Assembly: GCF_006345805.1 (NCBI RefSeq)
Contig: NW_021834648.1
Location: 1 to 45,722, forward strand
Length of the DNA: 45,722 bases
Direction of reading: 5' to 3'
Source: Octopus sinensis
Lineage: Eukaryota
The position numbers and the translations under genes were made by a program. Shown piece after piece: positions 11,061-23,235 of the stretch (position 1 is its first letter; each line of letters opens with the position of its first letter). A model generated the notes under the pieces. The model had not been told where the DNA came from and ran no database searches. It worked only from the letters and a program-made list of their open reading frames with translations.

Positions 11061-11495
11061 TAGTATTACGTATTCTAGGACAGGTAACTTTAAATTATAG
11101 TTTTGCCTCCATACATAGGACTAAAATCTAAATGTTGTCAAATTTCTTTGGTTTTTAAACGAAATGATGAAATGAGATAATTTTCAAAATAGAAATATTT
11201 ATCAGATTATAAAATTAAATAAAATAAATTTCTTGTTTGTCTACCTCTACCCTCGACTACTTAGCCATTTATTTCCTCTCTTCTTCCTCATCCCCTCTCT
11301 CTCTCTCTATCTCTCTGTGATGCGCTATTTCTCAATGTGTATGTGTGCAGCGTTCCTTCCCTCATTGCCTGCCACAAAACCTAGTATGTTCACTCATCCA
11401 GCATCTCTTTCTAACTCTGAATTTCATCCTCTCTCCATTCTCTGTTTATGAAGTAAAGCACGACTAGATAAATAGACAATAAATCAACTACGATT

Positions 11496-11544
<49 letters not shown>

Positions 11545-11580
11545 GTTACTGCTGCTGCTGTTATCATTATTATTATAATT

Positions 11581-12064
11581 GAGTGAAAGGGCAGTGTATG
11601 CAATCAAGGTGACTCTGGGGTAAAATATAAGAAGCTCAGTATACCCATCATGGTGCGCAACAAGGTGATCTCATATCAAGATAAACAGCGCATGACCTTG
11701 CAGGTGGGGCTCAATTAAAAATTTCTTCGGGTGAGTATCCCATCCCGCTCAAGAGATCCCTAAGTGAGAGTTGTTTAAGGATAACGAACGAAACACTTTT
11801 GTTTCCAGAAGCGAATTATTCAAACCCCAAAGAATTTCTCTCAACATATGGCTATGATGCTCCCCCACTACTTCTGCTCGTAATCAGAGATGCACATATC
11901 GTCAGCCACTAAGGGACGTGCTCAACTGGTTAAGGTCAAGCAACTGACAAGCAAATCTGTGGTTTTGAGCGGAATATTTCTTGCAGCTCACCTTTCATAC
12001 CAAGTGAACACATGTACATGATAACATTTCTTATCAGGATCAGAAGCCTCGAGAGCCAGTGCCT
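11581..12064 (-). mobile_element. Family E copy 2 (more diverged, small deletions)
   Basis: gagtgaaagggcagtg...agaagcctcgagagccagtgcc collinear with copy 1. Confidence 0.85.
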
Positions 12065-13234
12065 TAATAATAATAATAATAATCATTATCATTATCATAT
12101 GAAAACTCACAGCTTATTTTGCTGGGTAAGATGGAATGTGTCAGCTGTCCACAGCCAGCAGACTAAGGTGACACTAGTTTACTGGTCATACTTCAAGAAC
12201 CCTGCGAAGAATTCCTGCAGTTCCAAGCAAGGCTGATTTTTGTAGGTGTTCTACCATCACACTTGCACCGATCTTTTTCAGCCATGTTATAGTAATGTTG
12301 ATACTTAAAAAAACATTTAAATAAAAAAAATCGAACTTACAAATTTTCCAATATGCAGGTAGTCATATTATTTATCTCTTACAATGAACTACAGTACGTT
12401 TTGATTCGCCTGCCATCATTGAAAGACGTTGAAAATACTTCTCAAATTCTATGCAATATTTTCTTTAAGTATTTCATTTTGTTCACTTTCTTTTTCGGAA
12501 TCATGATTGTTATTTGAATAATCATTTATTTATTCATATGCAAATTTTACTCATATGCGTTTGGCGTAGACATCGATCAAGTCTTCTTTTAGCTGTCATC
12601 TGTTTAGGCTTCTAATCCTCATTTAGCCAAACACTTACAAAGCTCAACTAAGTTCAATTAAAAAGCTGGGGAAAGCAACGCATTGTAAGCCACACTGTAA
12701 TTTGCAAAAAAGTTATCTGCGCGCAGGTTACGCATCACCCCTCCGATGCCTTTTTTTTCATTGTAGTATATATTTCCTTTCCCTGGGGTTCTAGAGAAAG
12801 GAAATAAATATTGCAAAGGCATCTCACTCACAGCCCAGTAAGAACTAACGTTTTTATACATTAAAACAATAAATAATAACTGTGTGCAAAACTTAATCAA
12901 GTAAGAATTTAAAATGTAGAAGCGTACCAAGTTGCGTTGATTGAAAGACAGATGTGTGCATTATAACTGACACGATCGAATGTACACGGACGTGTTGTGA
13001 TCGATAAGGTACACATCTACATTTCAATCAACGCTGTTTCGTGCACTTCGATTTAATTGTTTAGTTTTTACAAAACACAACGACACAATGTCCATTATTC
13101 GAAAAATTATACATCCTTGGAATTCAGTCGTATGAACCCACACTCCAAGTATTGTAATCTAAACTCATTGACGCTAGTGAATAAAACCGTACTTCGTTGC
13201 CATTGCTAACAAATTAAGGTTTACTAAATGCTGG

Positions 13235-13845
13235 TTTTGCTGCTGTCAGGGTTGAGCTACCTTAAGTAGGATGAAGGTCAATCTGGACATGACCTTCTCC
13301 TTTTAGAATAAACTGGTTTTATCTATTTTTTTCCATTTTCTTTCGTTTTTCAGTTCCACTTAACGAATTATCATTGATTCTGTAAAGGCGTCGAGCTGGC
13401 AGAAACGTTAGCAAGGCGGGTGGAATGCGAAGCCGTATTTCGTCTGCCGTTACGTTCTGAGTTCAAATTCCGCCGAGGTCGACTTTGCCTTTCATCCTTT
13501 CGGGATCGATTAAATAAGTACCAGTTACGCACTGGGGTGGATGTAATCGACTTAATACCTATATCTGTTCTTGTTTGTCCCCTCTATGTTTAGCCCCTTC
13601 TGGTTAATAAAGAAATAGGCATTATCATTGCTTCTGTACCCGTCATTTCTTTAAAACCGTAGAGTATGATTTTGCTGCTGTCAGGGTTGAGCTACCTTAA
13701 GTAGGATGAAGGTCAATCTGGACATGACCTACTCCTTTCAGAATAAACTAGTTTTATCTATTTTTGCCGTTTTGTTTCGTTTTACAGTCCCGCTTAACGA
13801 ATTATCATTTCTGTACCCGTCATTTCTTTAAAATAGTAGAGTATG
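13235..13845. repeat. Local tandem duplication of a ~176-bp unit; the first copy is interrupted by a SINE
   Basis: ttttgctgctgtcagggttgagctacc...agagtatg at 13235-13668 and 13670-13845. Confidence 0.92.
13385..13620 (+). mobile_element. Full-length SINE family A (aataaagaaatagg-tailed variant) with 18-bp TSD
   Basis: aaggcgtcgagctggcagaaacgttagc...aataaagaaataggc; TSD attatcattg(a/c)ttctgta at 13367-13384 and 13621-13638. Confidence 0.93.
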
Positions 13846-14038
13846 GTTTAATTGCTATATCTAGCTGATAAAGCATCTACGTAGAGGCTCTTGGCATTTC
13901 AAATTTGGCACATCCTCGTGTACAAAACGGTCTGCCGATAAGTTTGCTTTATAAATAGCTACTCAGCTATAGTTATACATGAACAATTTCTGTCTCCGCT
14001 CCAATTCTGTTCCACTACATATTTTCTGTATCAGTAAA

Positions 14039-14075
<37 letters not shown>

Positions 14076-14409
14076 TGTTTATATGTATATGTATATTTAC
14101 TCTGTATGAGTTATGTATCTATGTAATATCTGTCACGTATATATATCAAGACAAAGATAATCTTATCATATCTTGTATTAAAGCAACGGAATAATCTAGT
14201 TATCTCGAATACTTAGTATTTTAGAATGAAGCATTAATATAAGAATGCGAGAATTCTTTCTTTTTTTCTTTTTGGTCGACGTTGAAATCTTCCTGTCAAT
14301 ACTTTCAGAAGAAATTTATCTTTATGTCTATCTACATTTTACATATATAATATACATACACACACATTCACCACACGCACACACGTTTGTGCACTTATCT
14401 ACGCACATA

Positions 14410-14454
14410 TTTATAGATATATATGTGCATGTATATATATATATATAATATATT

Positions 14455-14504
<50 letters not shown>

Positions 14505-15260
14505 CATATTTTTATATATATATATAATATTTATGTTTATATACATACATATTACATATTTATAAATATCTATGTATACATATATATATGTTTATACATA
14601 TATGTTTGTATATTATATATATATATAAGATTATATATATATATATATATATTATAATATATTATATATAATATTTGTGTGTGGTGTGTGTGCGTGTGTG
14701 TGTATACACTCACAAACATATATATATCTATAACTAATCTATATCTATATCTATCTTATATATATGTTATATATATATGTATATATATATACATATATAA
14801 TACATATACATATACATATATATGTATATATATATATACATATATATATGCAGATATATATATATATATATAATATATATATATATATTATATGCCACCA
14901 TATATATATATAATATACACATATATATATATATATACACACATATATATATATATATACACACACATATATATTATATATTATATGTATATACATATAT
15001 TAATATATATATACACACACATATATATAATATATATATAATATGTATATATGTGTGTATATATATTATATTATATATATATATATAGATATGTATATAT
15101 GTGTGTATATATATATATACGCTCACAAATCATCCTCATATTTACGTTTGATATATGACTATGAGTGTGTGTATGTACATGTATGTATTTATGTATGTAG
15201 TTTTGGCACCGATATATATATATGTATGTATGTATACGAATATACAAATACATACGAATT
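14410..15260. repeat. Long (TA)n/(TG)n/(CA)n low-complexity tract
   Basis: Direct. Confidence 0.95.
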
Positions 15261-15436
15261 GAATGTATACACCTCGGATCAAGGAAATTTGACAATGCAT
15301 TTGGAATATATATTTTCCATTAAAGAAGTGATCATTAGTATTTTTTAATTAATGTCCCACGTAAGAACGCTCTTCGAACGATCTGTTGCGGTATTTCTGT
15401 ACTGCACCGACTTTCATAAACTCCTTTGCAGATATA

Positions 15437-15698
15437 CCTGGTCTGATTAATAAGTGTCCGGGCTGTTGACATGGAAACGAAGCTAAAGCACGCAGAATGA
15501 AGCCGGTGACAAAGATTGACCTTGAACTCTGCTGTGCATGCGCAGCAACTTTTTTTTAACTTCTAGCACACTTCCGCTCTTTAAGGCAGTGCTTGGTAGG
15601 AAGGTGTGTAGCGTGTGATCGTCGCATTGACCATGGCAGAGAAAGTTGACTAGAAAATCTGCATCAAATTTTGCCAATGCCTTCAAAAAGTTTTCATC
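15437..15698 (+). mobile_element. Mariner 5' end fragment with TIR
   Basis: ta-cctggtctgattaataagtgtccgggctg TIR; collinear with the reverse complement of 16490-16711. Confidence 0.7.
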
Positions 15699-16118
15699 GA
15701 GTGGCTGTGTGGTAAGTAGCTTGCTAACCAACCACATGGTTCCGGGTTCAGTCCCACTGCGTGGCACATTGGGCAAGTGTCTTCTACTATAGCCTCAGGC
15801 CGACCAAAGTCTTGTGAGCGGATTTGGTAGACGGAAACTGAAAGAAGCCCGTCGTATGTATGTATATATATATGTGTGTGTATGTGTGTGTGTGTATGTG
15901 TGTGCGTATGTGTGTGAGTGTGTGTATGATGTGTGTGAGTGTGTGTCTGTGTTTATCCTCCCCCACCATCGCTTGACAACCGATGCTGGTGTGTTTAGGC
16001 CCCCGTAACTTAGCGGTCCGGCAAAAGAAACCGATAGAATAAATAATAGGCTTACAAAGAATAAGTGCTCCAGCATGGCCGCAGTCAAATGACTGAAAAA
16101 AATGAAAGAGTAAAAGAG
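15699..16118 (+). mobile_element. SINE family C (OK-like), near full length
   Basis: tRNA-like head (tggctgtgtggtaag; gggttcagtccc), ttgggcaagtgtcttc domain, internal (TA)/(TG)n, 3' gctccagcatggccgcagtcaaatgactgaaa. Confidence 0.92.
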
Positions 16119-16711
16119 TTCTAAAGACAATCCAGATCTTGTGCAGCTGAAACCCGAAGCTTTTTTGGTCAGCTGGAAGCAGTTTTGGCCCAAACTTGGC
16201 AGACACGCGTCTCACACCTAAATCTTTACTGATGATAGACTAAACTGAACCGTAATTAATCGGCGCATCTTCTGATAACTCATGGATTGTAATTCGACGT
16301 TTTCCCCTCCCAGTGGCACGCACATCTGCGATGTTTTTCTCAGTCCTGGTGTCGAGTCACCAAGATCGTTCATCAATATCGACATTTTTCGGCCCTCTTG
16401 GAAACATCTGAACCACTCATACACATGTGTCTGGCTCATACACTCCTCTCCATACACTTTCTGCAACTTTGCATCGGCCTCTGAGCAGGTATCGCCATGA
16501 CAACTTTCTCTGTCATCGTCAATGCGACGATCACACATTACACACGTTCCTTCCAATCACTGCTGTAAACAGCAGAAGTGAGCTAGAACGTTAAAACTTT
16601 GTGCGCATGCAAGACAGATTTCAAAATCAACTATTACCAATCGGCTTCAAAAGCTCGTGCTTTAGCTTCGTTACGATGGCAACAGTCTGGATACTTATTG
16701 ACCAGACCTCG
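16119..16711 (-). mobile_element. Mariner 5' portion (TIR plus HTH-coding region), decayed
   Basis: TIR (rc TA-CGAGGTCTGGTCAATAAGTATCCAGACTG); KLQKVYGEECMSQTHVYEWFRCFQEGRK and MRRVSAKFGPKLL, FVPKLL-type as in irritans-like mariners. Confidence 0.88.
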
Positions 16712-17053
16712 TATAATGAAAACATAATTGGCCAGTTTAGAAACCTGTATAAAATCAACGACGCTATTCTACACCATATAAGGTATATAAATAAATAAGT
16801 AAATAAATAAATATTTTTAACTTCCGGTTTTATTGTTACATGTTTACAGAGAAGTGATGCATTGTCAATCAACCATTACTAAATGTGCCATGTTTAATTT
16901 CACAGCTTGTCTGTCTGTTTGTCTGCCATATCTTCACTGCTACGACTATGGCTGTCACGTTGACTACGCCCATCACGGTAAAGTTCTGTTTTCATATTAA
17001 AAGAACGATGGTGATCGTTGTCATCGTTCTCATCATTATCATCACCGTCTTCA

Positions 17054-17054
<1 letters not shown>

Positions 17055-17084
<30 letters not shown>

Positions 17085-17273
17085 TATCATCATCATCATT
17101 ATCATCATCATAGTCGTCATCGTTGTCATCATCACCATGACCCCCCCCCACCACCACCAATCCCATTGTCCTCATCGTCGTCATTACCGTTATCATCGTT
17201 ATTGGTTGTCATCATCATCTTCATCATCCGTATCATCAACATAATCCTCATCATCATCATAATCGTCATCATT

Positions 17274-17315
<42 letters not shown>

Positions 17316-17369
17316 TTCTTCATCCTCATCATCATCTTCATCATCATCATCATCATAATCGTCATCATT

Positions 17370-17402
<33 letters not shown>

Positions 17403-17453
17403 TTCTTCTTCATCGTCATCATCATCATAATCGTCATCATCATCATAATCGTC

Positions 17454-17516
<63 letters not shown>

Positions 17517-17562
17517 GTCGTCGTCATCGTCACCATCCTCAACATATTACTATTACTCCCCC

Positions 17563-17614
<52 letters not shown>

Positions 17615-17615
17615 A
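17055..17615. repeat. (GAT)n/(CAT)n/(CTA)n microsatellites
   Basis: Direct. Confidence 0.95.
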
Positions 17616-17649
17616 ATATCCCAACCAAAATATGAATAATTTGAATGAT

Positions 17650-18680
17650 ATAAAAAAATGCTATCAACTCGATTATGTCTGTGAGATATCATTTTACTCA
17701 AAGTAGACACCGTCGATCCTCCGCCTCAAGCCTCAAGATGGCTCTGGAACTTGGCGCACCCGTTCCTCACTGTGCCTCTGAGAGGATCTCCAAACAACCC
17801 CATGATCTTGCCCTTCAGCTCAGTCATGGTGCTTCAGGCAGAGTGGTTGCTGGCTTTCCCAACTGTGCTCCACGCAAAGTAATTCCATGGCATTAGAAAC
17901 GGTGAAATTAAGAGACCGGAAATTGGATCTGGTGAAGTAGAAATTCTCCAGCAATCACTTCTGAACTTCTGACTCTTTCCAGAGCTATGGCAAGGAAATA
18001 AAATCCTGATACTCCGTATATAACCTTCCAGCACCAAACCTCTCCAGGCACGGTTTGATCACACAGTCTCCAACAGATACACTCCGCCGTCTGAATTTAG
18101 CGTGAGGCTCTGTTCAAAGATGTGGGGCGGCATGGCGTCAAACTCACGGAACACAAACCCAAGAACATCACAGTTTGGGAGAACTTGGTTCTCATGATAC
18201 CGGAAACATCGTATGGATTGTAGGCAATCCACTTGTTTTTCTAGGTGTTGCGCAAATTGGTGCTGGCCGAAGTTCTTTTCATCAGAGAAGAATTAGATCA
18301 TCTTCGGGTCAGCATGATGGTTCGTTATGTTCAGGAGCTTCTTTGTCTTTGTCAAGTGGTTCTCCTTGGCTTGTGCTCTCAGAATTGGTCCCCTGTACCT
18401 GAGTAGTTTCCCATTCAGGGTCAGCTTCCAATATCCATTTCTCTCACCGAAGCCTGGATTCCATTGCTCCGATCTTCTATCATATTGACCAGCAGTATTT
18501 AGATGCATTCCGACCTGCGGACGCTGTCAGAACCCTTCTGTGTCCTGCGTGTTGGCCATGGTGACCTAGTTTCAGTTGCAGCTGTCCAGCTCACGTCTTT
18601 CAACCTTTACAGTGTTTAGAGAGCATCGAGCCGCATTCATCATGTCGCCTTTTTAATACTCGGCGCAAATCATCTCGGTA
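17650..18680 (-). pseudogene. Decayed maT/DD37D Tc1-mariner transposase
   Basis: FFSDEKNF, MRTKFSQTVMFLG, MPPHIFEQSLTLNSDG, YQD...CHSSGKSQK...PWNYFAWS, ELKGKI; many frameshifts and stops. Confidence 0.85.
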
Positions 18681-18683
18681 CAG

Positions 18684-18719
18684 ATGGCAGAATCGTTAGC
18701 ACGTCGGACGAAATGCTTA
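18684..18719 (+). mobile_element. SINE family A head fragment
   Basis: gatggcagaatcgttagcacgtcggacgaaatgctta followed by (CAT)n. Confidence 0.75.
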
Positions 18720-18790
18720 TCACCGCCATCATCATCACCATCATCATTACCATCATCATCATCATCATCATCATCAGTAGCAAGATTAGT

Positions 18791-18837
<47 letters not shown>

Positions 18838-19087
18838 ATGTAGTAGTAGTAGTAGTAGTAGTAGTAGTATAAGAAGAAGAAGAAGAAGAAGAAAGTAGTT
18901 TATATATTTCTGCTGCTGTTGTTGATAGTGCTGATGTTAGTGATGTTGTTGCTGCTGTTGCTGCTGCTGCTGTCATTACTGCTGCTGTTCGTGCTGCTGC
19001 TGTTGTTTCGTGCAGGAGAACATTACAACACATTCAAAACTTTACGTTAATAAACAGGAGACATCTTTCGCCAAAGACAACAAAAGT

Positions 19088-19440
19088 CTTCCTCTCTCTC
19101 TCTCTCTCTATCTCTCTGTCTCTCTTTTCTCTCTCTCTCTCTTACTAACTCTCTTACTCTCGCTCTCTCTCTATTTTACTAACTCTCTCACTTTCGCTCT
19201 CTCTCTTACTAACTCTCTCACTAACTCTCGCTCTCTCTCATACCAACTCTCTCTTATTCTCTCTCTCTCTTACAAACTCTCTCTGTCTTTCTCTCCCTAT
19301 CTCTTACTAACTCTCTCTCTCTGTCTAATTCAGTCGTTTCATTCTCATCGTCTCCTCCTCTAACACACGTATACACACACAACACATTCACACACACACA
19401 CAACACATTCACACACACACACATACTCACACACACACAT
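19088..19440. repeat. (CT)n and (CA)n tracts
   Basis: Direct. Confidence 0.9.
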
Positions 19441-19544
19441 TAATGTGAACAGAGGTAGGTATAAGAAAAGGATGGAGGTGGGGGGTCAGAGTTCATCACC
19501 TCGTTGCTTTCATTTTAGAATGTTTCATGTGTAAACAAAAAAAA

Positions 19545-19677
19545 AGTAATAATAATAACAACAATAATGTTAATAATAATAATAACAATAATGATAATAA
19601 TAACAATACTGATAATAATAATAATAATAATAGCGATACTGATAATAATAATAATAATAATAATGATAATAATAATG

Positions 19678-19718
<41 letters not shown>

Positions 19719-19725
19719 GATAATA
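19545..19725. repeat. (AAT)n microsatellite
   Basis: Direct. Confidence 0.93.
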
Positions 19726-20239
19726 ATCCACGTAATACATACATGATGTAAAGAAAAATAGAATGAATAGTAAATATTTCGCCAAATTTGCGACCAATGA
19801 CACCATCTTGCACGGTTTATTACATTTCTGTGATGTTAGTGAATGATAAAGCAGTAATCTTGATTAAAGGCATATGGTCTATTTTACACATAGACACCCT
19901 ACACAGCCTTTAACCCTTGCAATAATAATAAGGACGACCTTTTGGTATCATCTATCGACTTTCCGCTGAGGCTCATCTCTCACACGTCACCACAGCACAC
20001 ACAGCAGCACGGCTCTTCTATGGCGAATAACACCCTTATCATAGGCAAATATCTATCTGATCAGCGAGAGAATTGTACAAGTAGGAGATCTACAAAATCC
20101 TCACGGCTATTATCACACCGTCTTCTTTACCGTCTTAGCAGTCTTCTTTTAATCTTACCTAAGAAATGGTGGCGAACAGCACCAACCAGAACGAGGCTGC
20201 TGTTGCTACTGATGCTGATGATGATGATGACGGTGTTGT

Positions 20240-20385
20240 TTCTTCTTCTTCTTCTTCTTCTTTCTTCTCCTTCCCCTTCTTCTTCTTCTTCTTCTTCTTC
20301 TCCTTCCCCTTCTTCTTCTCCTTCTTCTTCTTCCCCTTCTTCTTCTTCTTCTCCTTCTTCTCCATCATCATCAACTTCTACAACA
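20240..20385. repeat. (CTT/CCT)n polypyrimidine tract
   Basis: Direct. Confidence 0.93.
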
Positions 20386-20739
20386 TTCTTCTTCTCACAT
20401 ACCATACGCTCTTTCACTCTCTCATATTACTTCTTTTTCACACTTCTTTTCTCTCTCTCTTTCTCTTCACCTTGCTCAGTTTCTCTCTCTCTCTCTCTCT
20501 AACCCCTATCTTTCTACCCACCTCACACCACCTGTCTTATCTATTCCATCTACCCAACACATCATAACCAGGTAGCAAGCCATCATAATTCACCTTCGCC
20601 CTCATCGCTCTTTCTACAAAGCCATATTTTTTTTCTTTAAGAATTTTCTCTAATTCCTTTCAGCCTCAAGTCTTGTCATTCACTTCCATATTTTCCTTAA
20701 TAAGCACAAATACGGAATGTTTTCTTTTTTCACTGGACT

Positions 20740-20930
20740 GATTATTATTATTATTGTTATTATTATTATCATTATTATTATTATTATCATCATTGTTATT
20801 ATTATTATCATCATTGTTATTATTATTATCATCATTGTTATTATTATTATCATCATTGTTGTTGTTGTTGTTATTATTATTATTATTATTATCATTATTA
20901 TCATTATTATTATTATTATCATTATTATTA
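20740..20930. repeat. (ATT)n/(CAT)n/(GTT)n microsatellite
   Basis: Direct. Confidence 0.93.
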
Positions 20931-21114
20931 CTATTGATTTGCAAGCCATGTAGTACAGCCAAACAGCATTTTCCCTTACAAGTCAAGCAATGCGCTACGA
21001 TGCGTTGGTTACTTTGACCAAATTCTCGGAACGAAACTCGCTGTGAAGTGACCACGTAAGAGTCCTGTCTTCCGAAAGGAGGCAATATTTCTTTTTCTTT
21101 TTTTTTTTTTTACC

Positions 21115-21275
21115 TGACACTCCTTTGGTTACGACGACGAGGATTCCAGTTCATCCGATCAACGGAACAGCCTGCTCGTGAAATTAACGTGCAAGTGGCG
21201 CGTGCCCTTAATGTAGTTCTCAGGGAGATTCAGCATGACACAGAATGTAACAAGGTTGGCCTTTTCAAATACAAA
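21115..21275 (-). mobile_element. SINE family B (OR1-like) 3' fragment
   Basis: ggttacgacgacgagg...gatcaacggaacagcctgctcgtgaaattaacgtgcaagtggc shared with 22754-23127. Confidence 0.88.
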
Positions 21276-21287
21276 TATTATAATATA

Positions 21288-21875
21288 AAGCGGCGAGCTG
21301 GCAGAATCGTTAGCACGCCGGACGTATTTCGTCTGTCGTTACGTTCTGGGTTCAAATTCCGCCGAGGTCGACTTTGCCTTTCATCCTTTCGGGGTCGATT
21401 AAATAAGTTCCAGTTACGCATTGGTGTCGATGTAATCGACTTAAACCCTTTGTCTGTCCTTGTTTGTCCTCTCTATGTTTATCCTTTTGTGGGTAATAAA
21501 GAAATAGGTATTTCGTCTGCCGTTACGTTCTGAGTTCAAATTCCGCCGAGGTCGACATTGCCTTTCATCCTTTCGAGGTCGATTAGATAAGTACCAGTTA
21601 CGCATTGGGGATCGATGTAATCGACTTAAACCCTTTGTCTGTGCTTGTTTGTCCTCTCTATGTTTAGCCTTTTGTGGGTAATAAAGAAATAGGCATTTCG
21701 TCTGCCGTTACGTTCTGAGTTCAAATTCCGCGGAGGTCAACTTTGCCTTTCATCCTTTCAGGGTAGATTAAATAAGTACCAGTTACGCTCTAGGGTCGAT
21801 TACATCGACGTAATCCTTTTGTCTGTCCTTGTTTGTCGCATCTACGTTTAGCCCCCTGTGGGCATTAAAGACATA
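21288..21875 (+). mobile_element. Head-to-tail trimer of SINE family A (one headed unit, two headless ~185-bp units)
   Basis: Units 21288-21508, 21509-21693 and 21694-21875; junctions aaagaaatagg|(t/c)atttcgtctgccg. Confidence 0.93.
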
Positions 21876-21884
21876 AATACATGT

Positions 21885-22027
21885 ACTACTCATTTTTGCC
21901 AGCTGAGTGCACTGGAGCACTGTGAAGGAAACTGTCTTGCTCAGTGACTCAAAGCGCCGCCGAGAATGGAACTCGTGACATTACAATCGTGAGCCGAATA
22001 CGCTATCCATTAAGCCATGAGCCCTCA
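21885..22027 (-). mobile_element. tRNA-derived SINE family D 5' part
   Basis: rc: catggcttaatggatagc (A-box-like), gagttccattc (B-box-like), tgagcaagacagttt...gctccagtgcactcagctggcaaaa central domain. Confidence 0.7.
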
Positions 22028-22150
22028 CTTTTTGTTTTGTGCACAGATGAAAGCAGTGTCCATGACATATTGTAGAGTTTCCAAGATCAGTCGGAGAGCG
22101 TGAGAATAGGATCGTCTAATCGGAAACCTGGCTGACTACGAAATACCACT

Positions 22151-22356
22151 GAGCAGGTATCACCATGACAACTTTCTCAGTCATGGTCAATGCTACGATC
22201 GCACGCTACACACGTTCCTTCCAAGCACTACTGTAAACAGCAGAAGTGAGCTAGAACGTTAAAACTCAGTGCGCATGCTCAGCAGAATTCCCGGTCAATT
22301 GTTGCTTTAGCTTCGATACTATGGTGACAGTCCGGATTCTTATTGATCAGACCTCG
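22151..22356 (-). mobile_element. Mariner 5' end fragment, same family as 16119-16711
   Basis: gtaaacagcagaagtgagctagaacgttaaaact identical to about 16565-16598; TIR ...tattgatcagacctcg-ta. Confidence 0.88.
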
Positions 22357-22753
22357 TATAAAATAAACAACGAAAAGTAAAGAACAAATTTGTATAACAT
22401 AAAAATTAATACATTTGATCTTTATTCAGCCACTTAAAACTTTTAAACCTCTTAACATATGGAATAATGTGCCACGTATAACATATAGGATGAAAAATAA
22501 ATAAAGAAAAAGTAAAGAACATAATTTTATTTAAGAGAATACAGGTGCAAAATAATACACTTTTGCAGCGGAGTCTGTTTAATTCTTATCAATCCACTTA
22601 AAAATTGGCGTCGGGTGACGCATCCGTCACAGAAACCAAAACAAGGCGGCCAATCGGAGAACTACTATAGCCTGCCAAATTCAAAGCTAGCTGGATTTTT
22701 GGTAATTCCAGACTTTTGGATTCTGGATAAGAGGTTCGGTACCTGTATTGGAA

Positions 22754-23127
22754 GCACTCCGTCGGTTACGATGATGAGTGTTCCGGTTGATCCGAATCAA
22801 CGGAACAGCCTGCTCGTGAAATTAACGTGTAAGTGGCTGAGCACTCCACAGACACGTGCACCCTTAACGTAGTTCTCGGGGATATTCAGCGTGACACAGA
22901 GAGTGACAAGGCTGGACCCTTTGAAATACAGGTACAACGGAAACAGGAAGTAAGAGAAAGTTGTGGTGAAAGAGTACAGCAGGGATCACCACCATCCCTG
23001 CCGGAGCCTCGTGGAGCTTTAGGTGTTTTCGCTCAATAAACACTCACAACGCCCGGTCTGGTAATCGAAATCGCGATCCTACGACCGCGAGTCCGCTGCC
23101 CTAACCACTGGGCCATTGCGCCTCCAC
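22754..23127 (-). mobile_element. SINE family B (OR1-like), full length
   Basis: rc head gtggaggcgcaatggcccagtggttagggcagcggactcgcggtcgtaggatcgcgatttcgatt (A/B boxes); 3' end aaccgacggagtgc. Confidence 0.92.
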
Positions 23128-23235
23128 TTACCTGTATTAGAGTCTAAATGATACGATTTTAAATAGCGAACTGGAATACATTTCGTGAAAAGACAGATAA
23201 GTTTATTGTTTGGGCAGAGGGACCATTCTCCTTAC

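Noticed and set aside
20150-20165. Strong minus-strand splice donor AG|GTAAGA (another near 9900)
   Set aside because: The upstream sequence is microsatellite with no credible acceptor or open exon.
21288-21875. Regularly spaced repeats resembling a CRISPR array
   Set aside because: Units are ~185-bp SINE bodies with no unique spacers, no cas genes, and a eukaryotic context.
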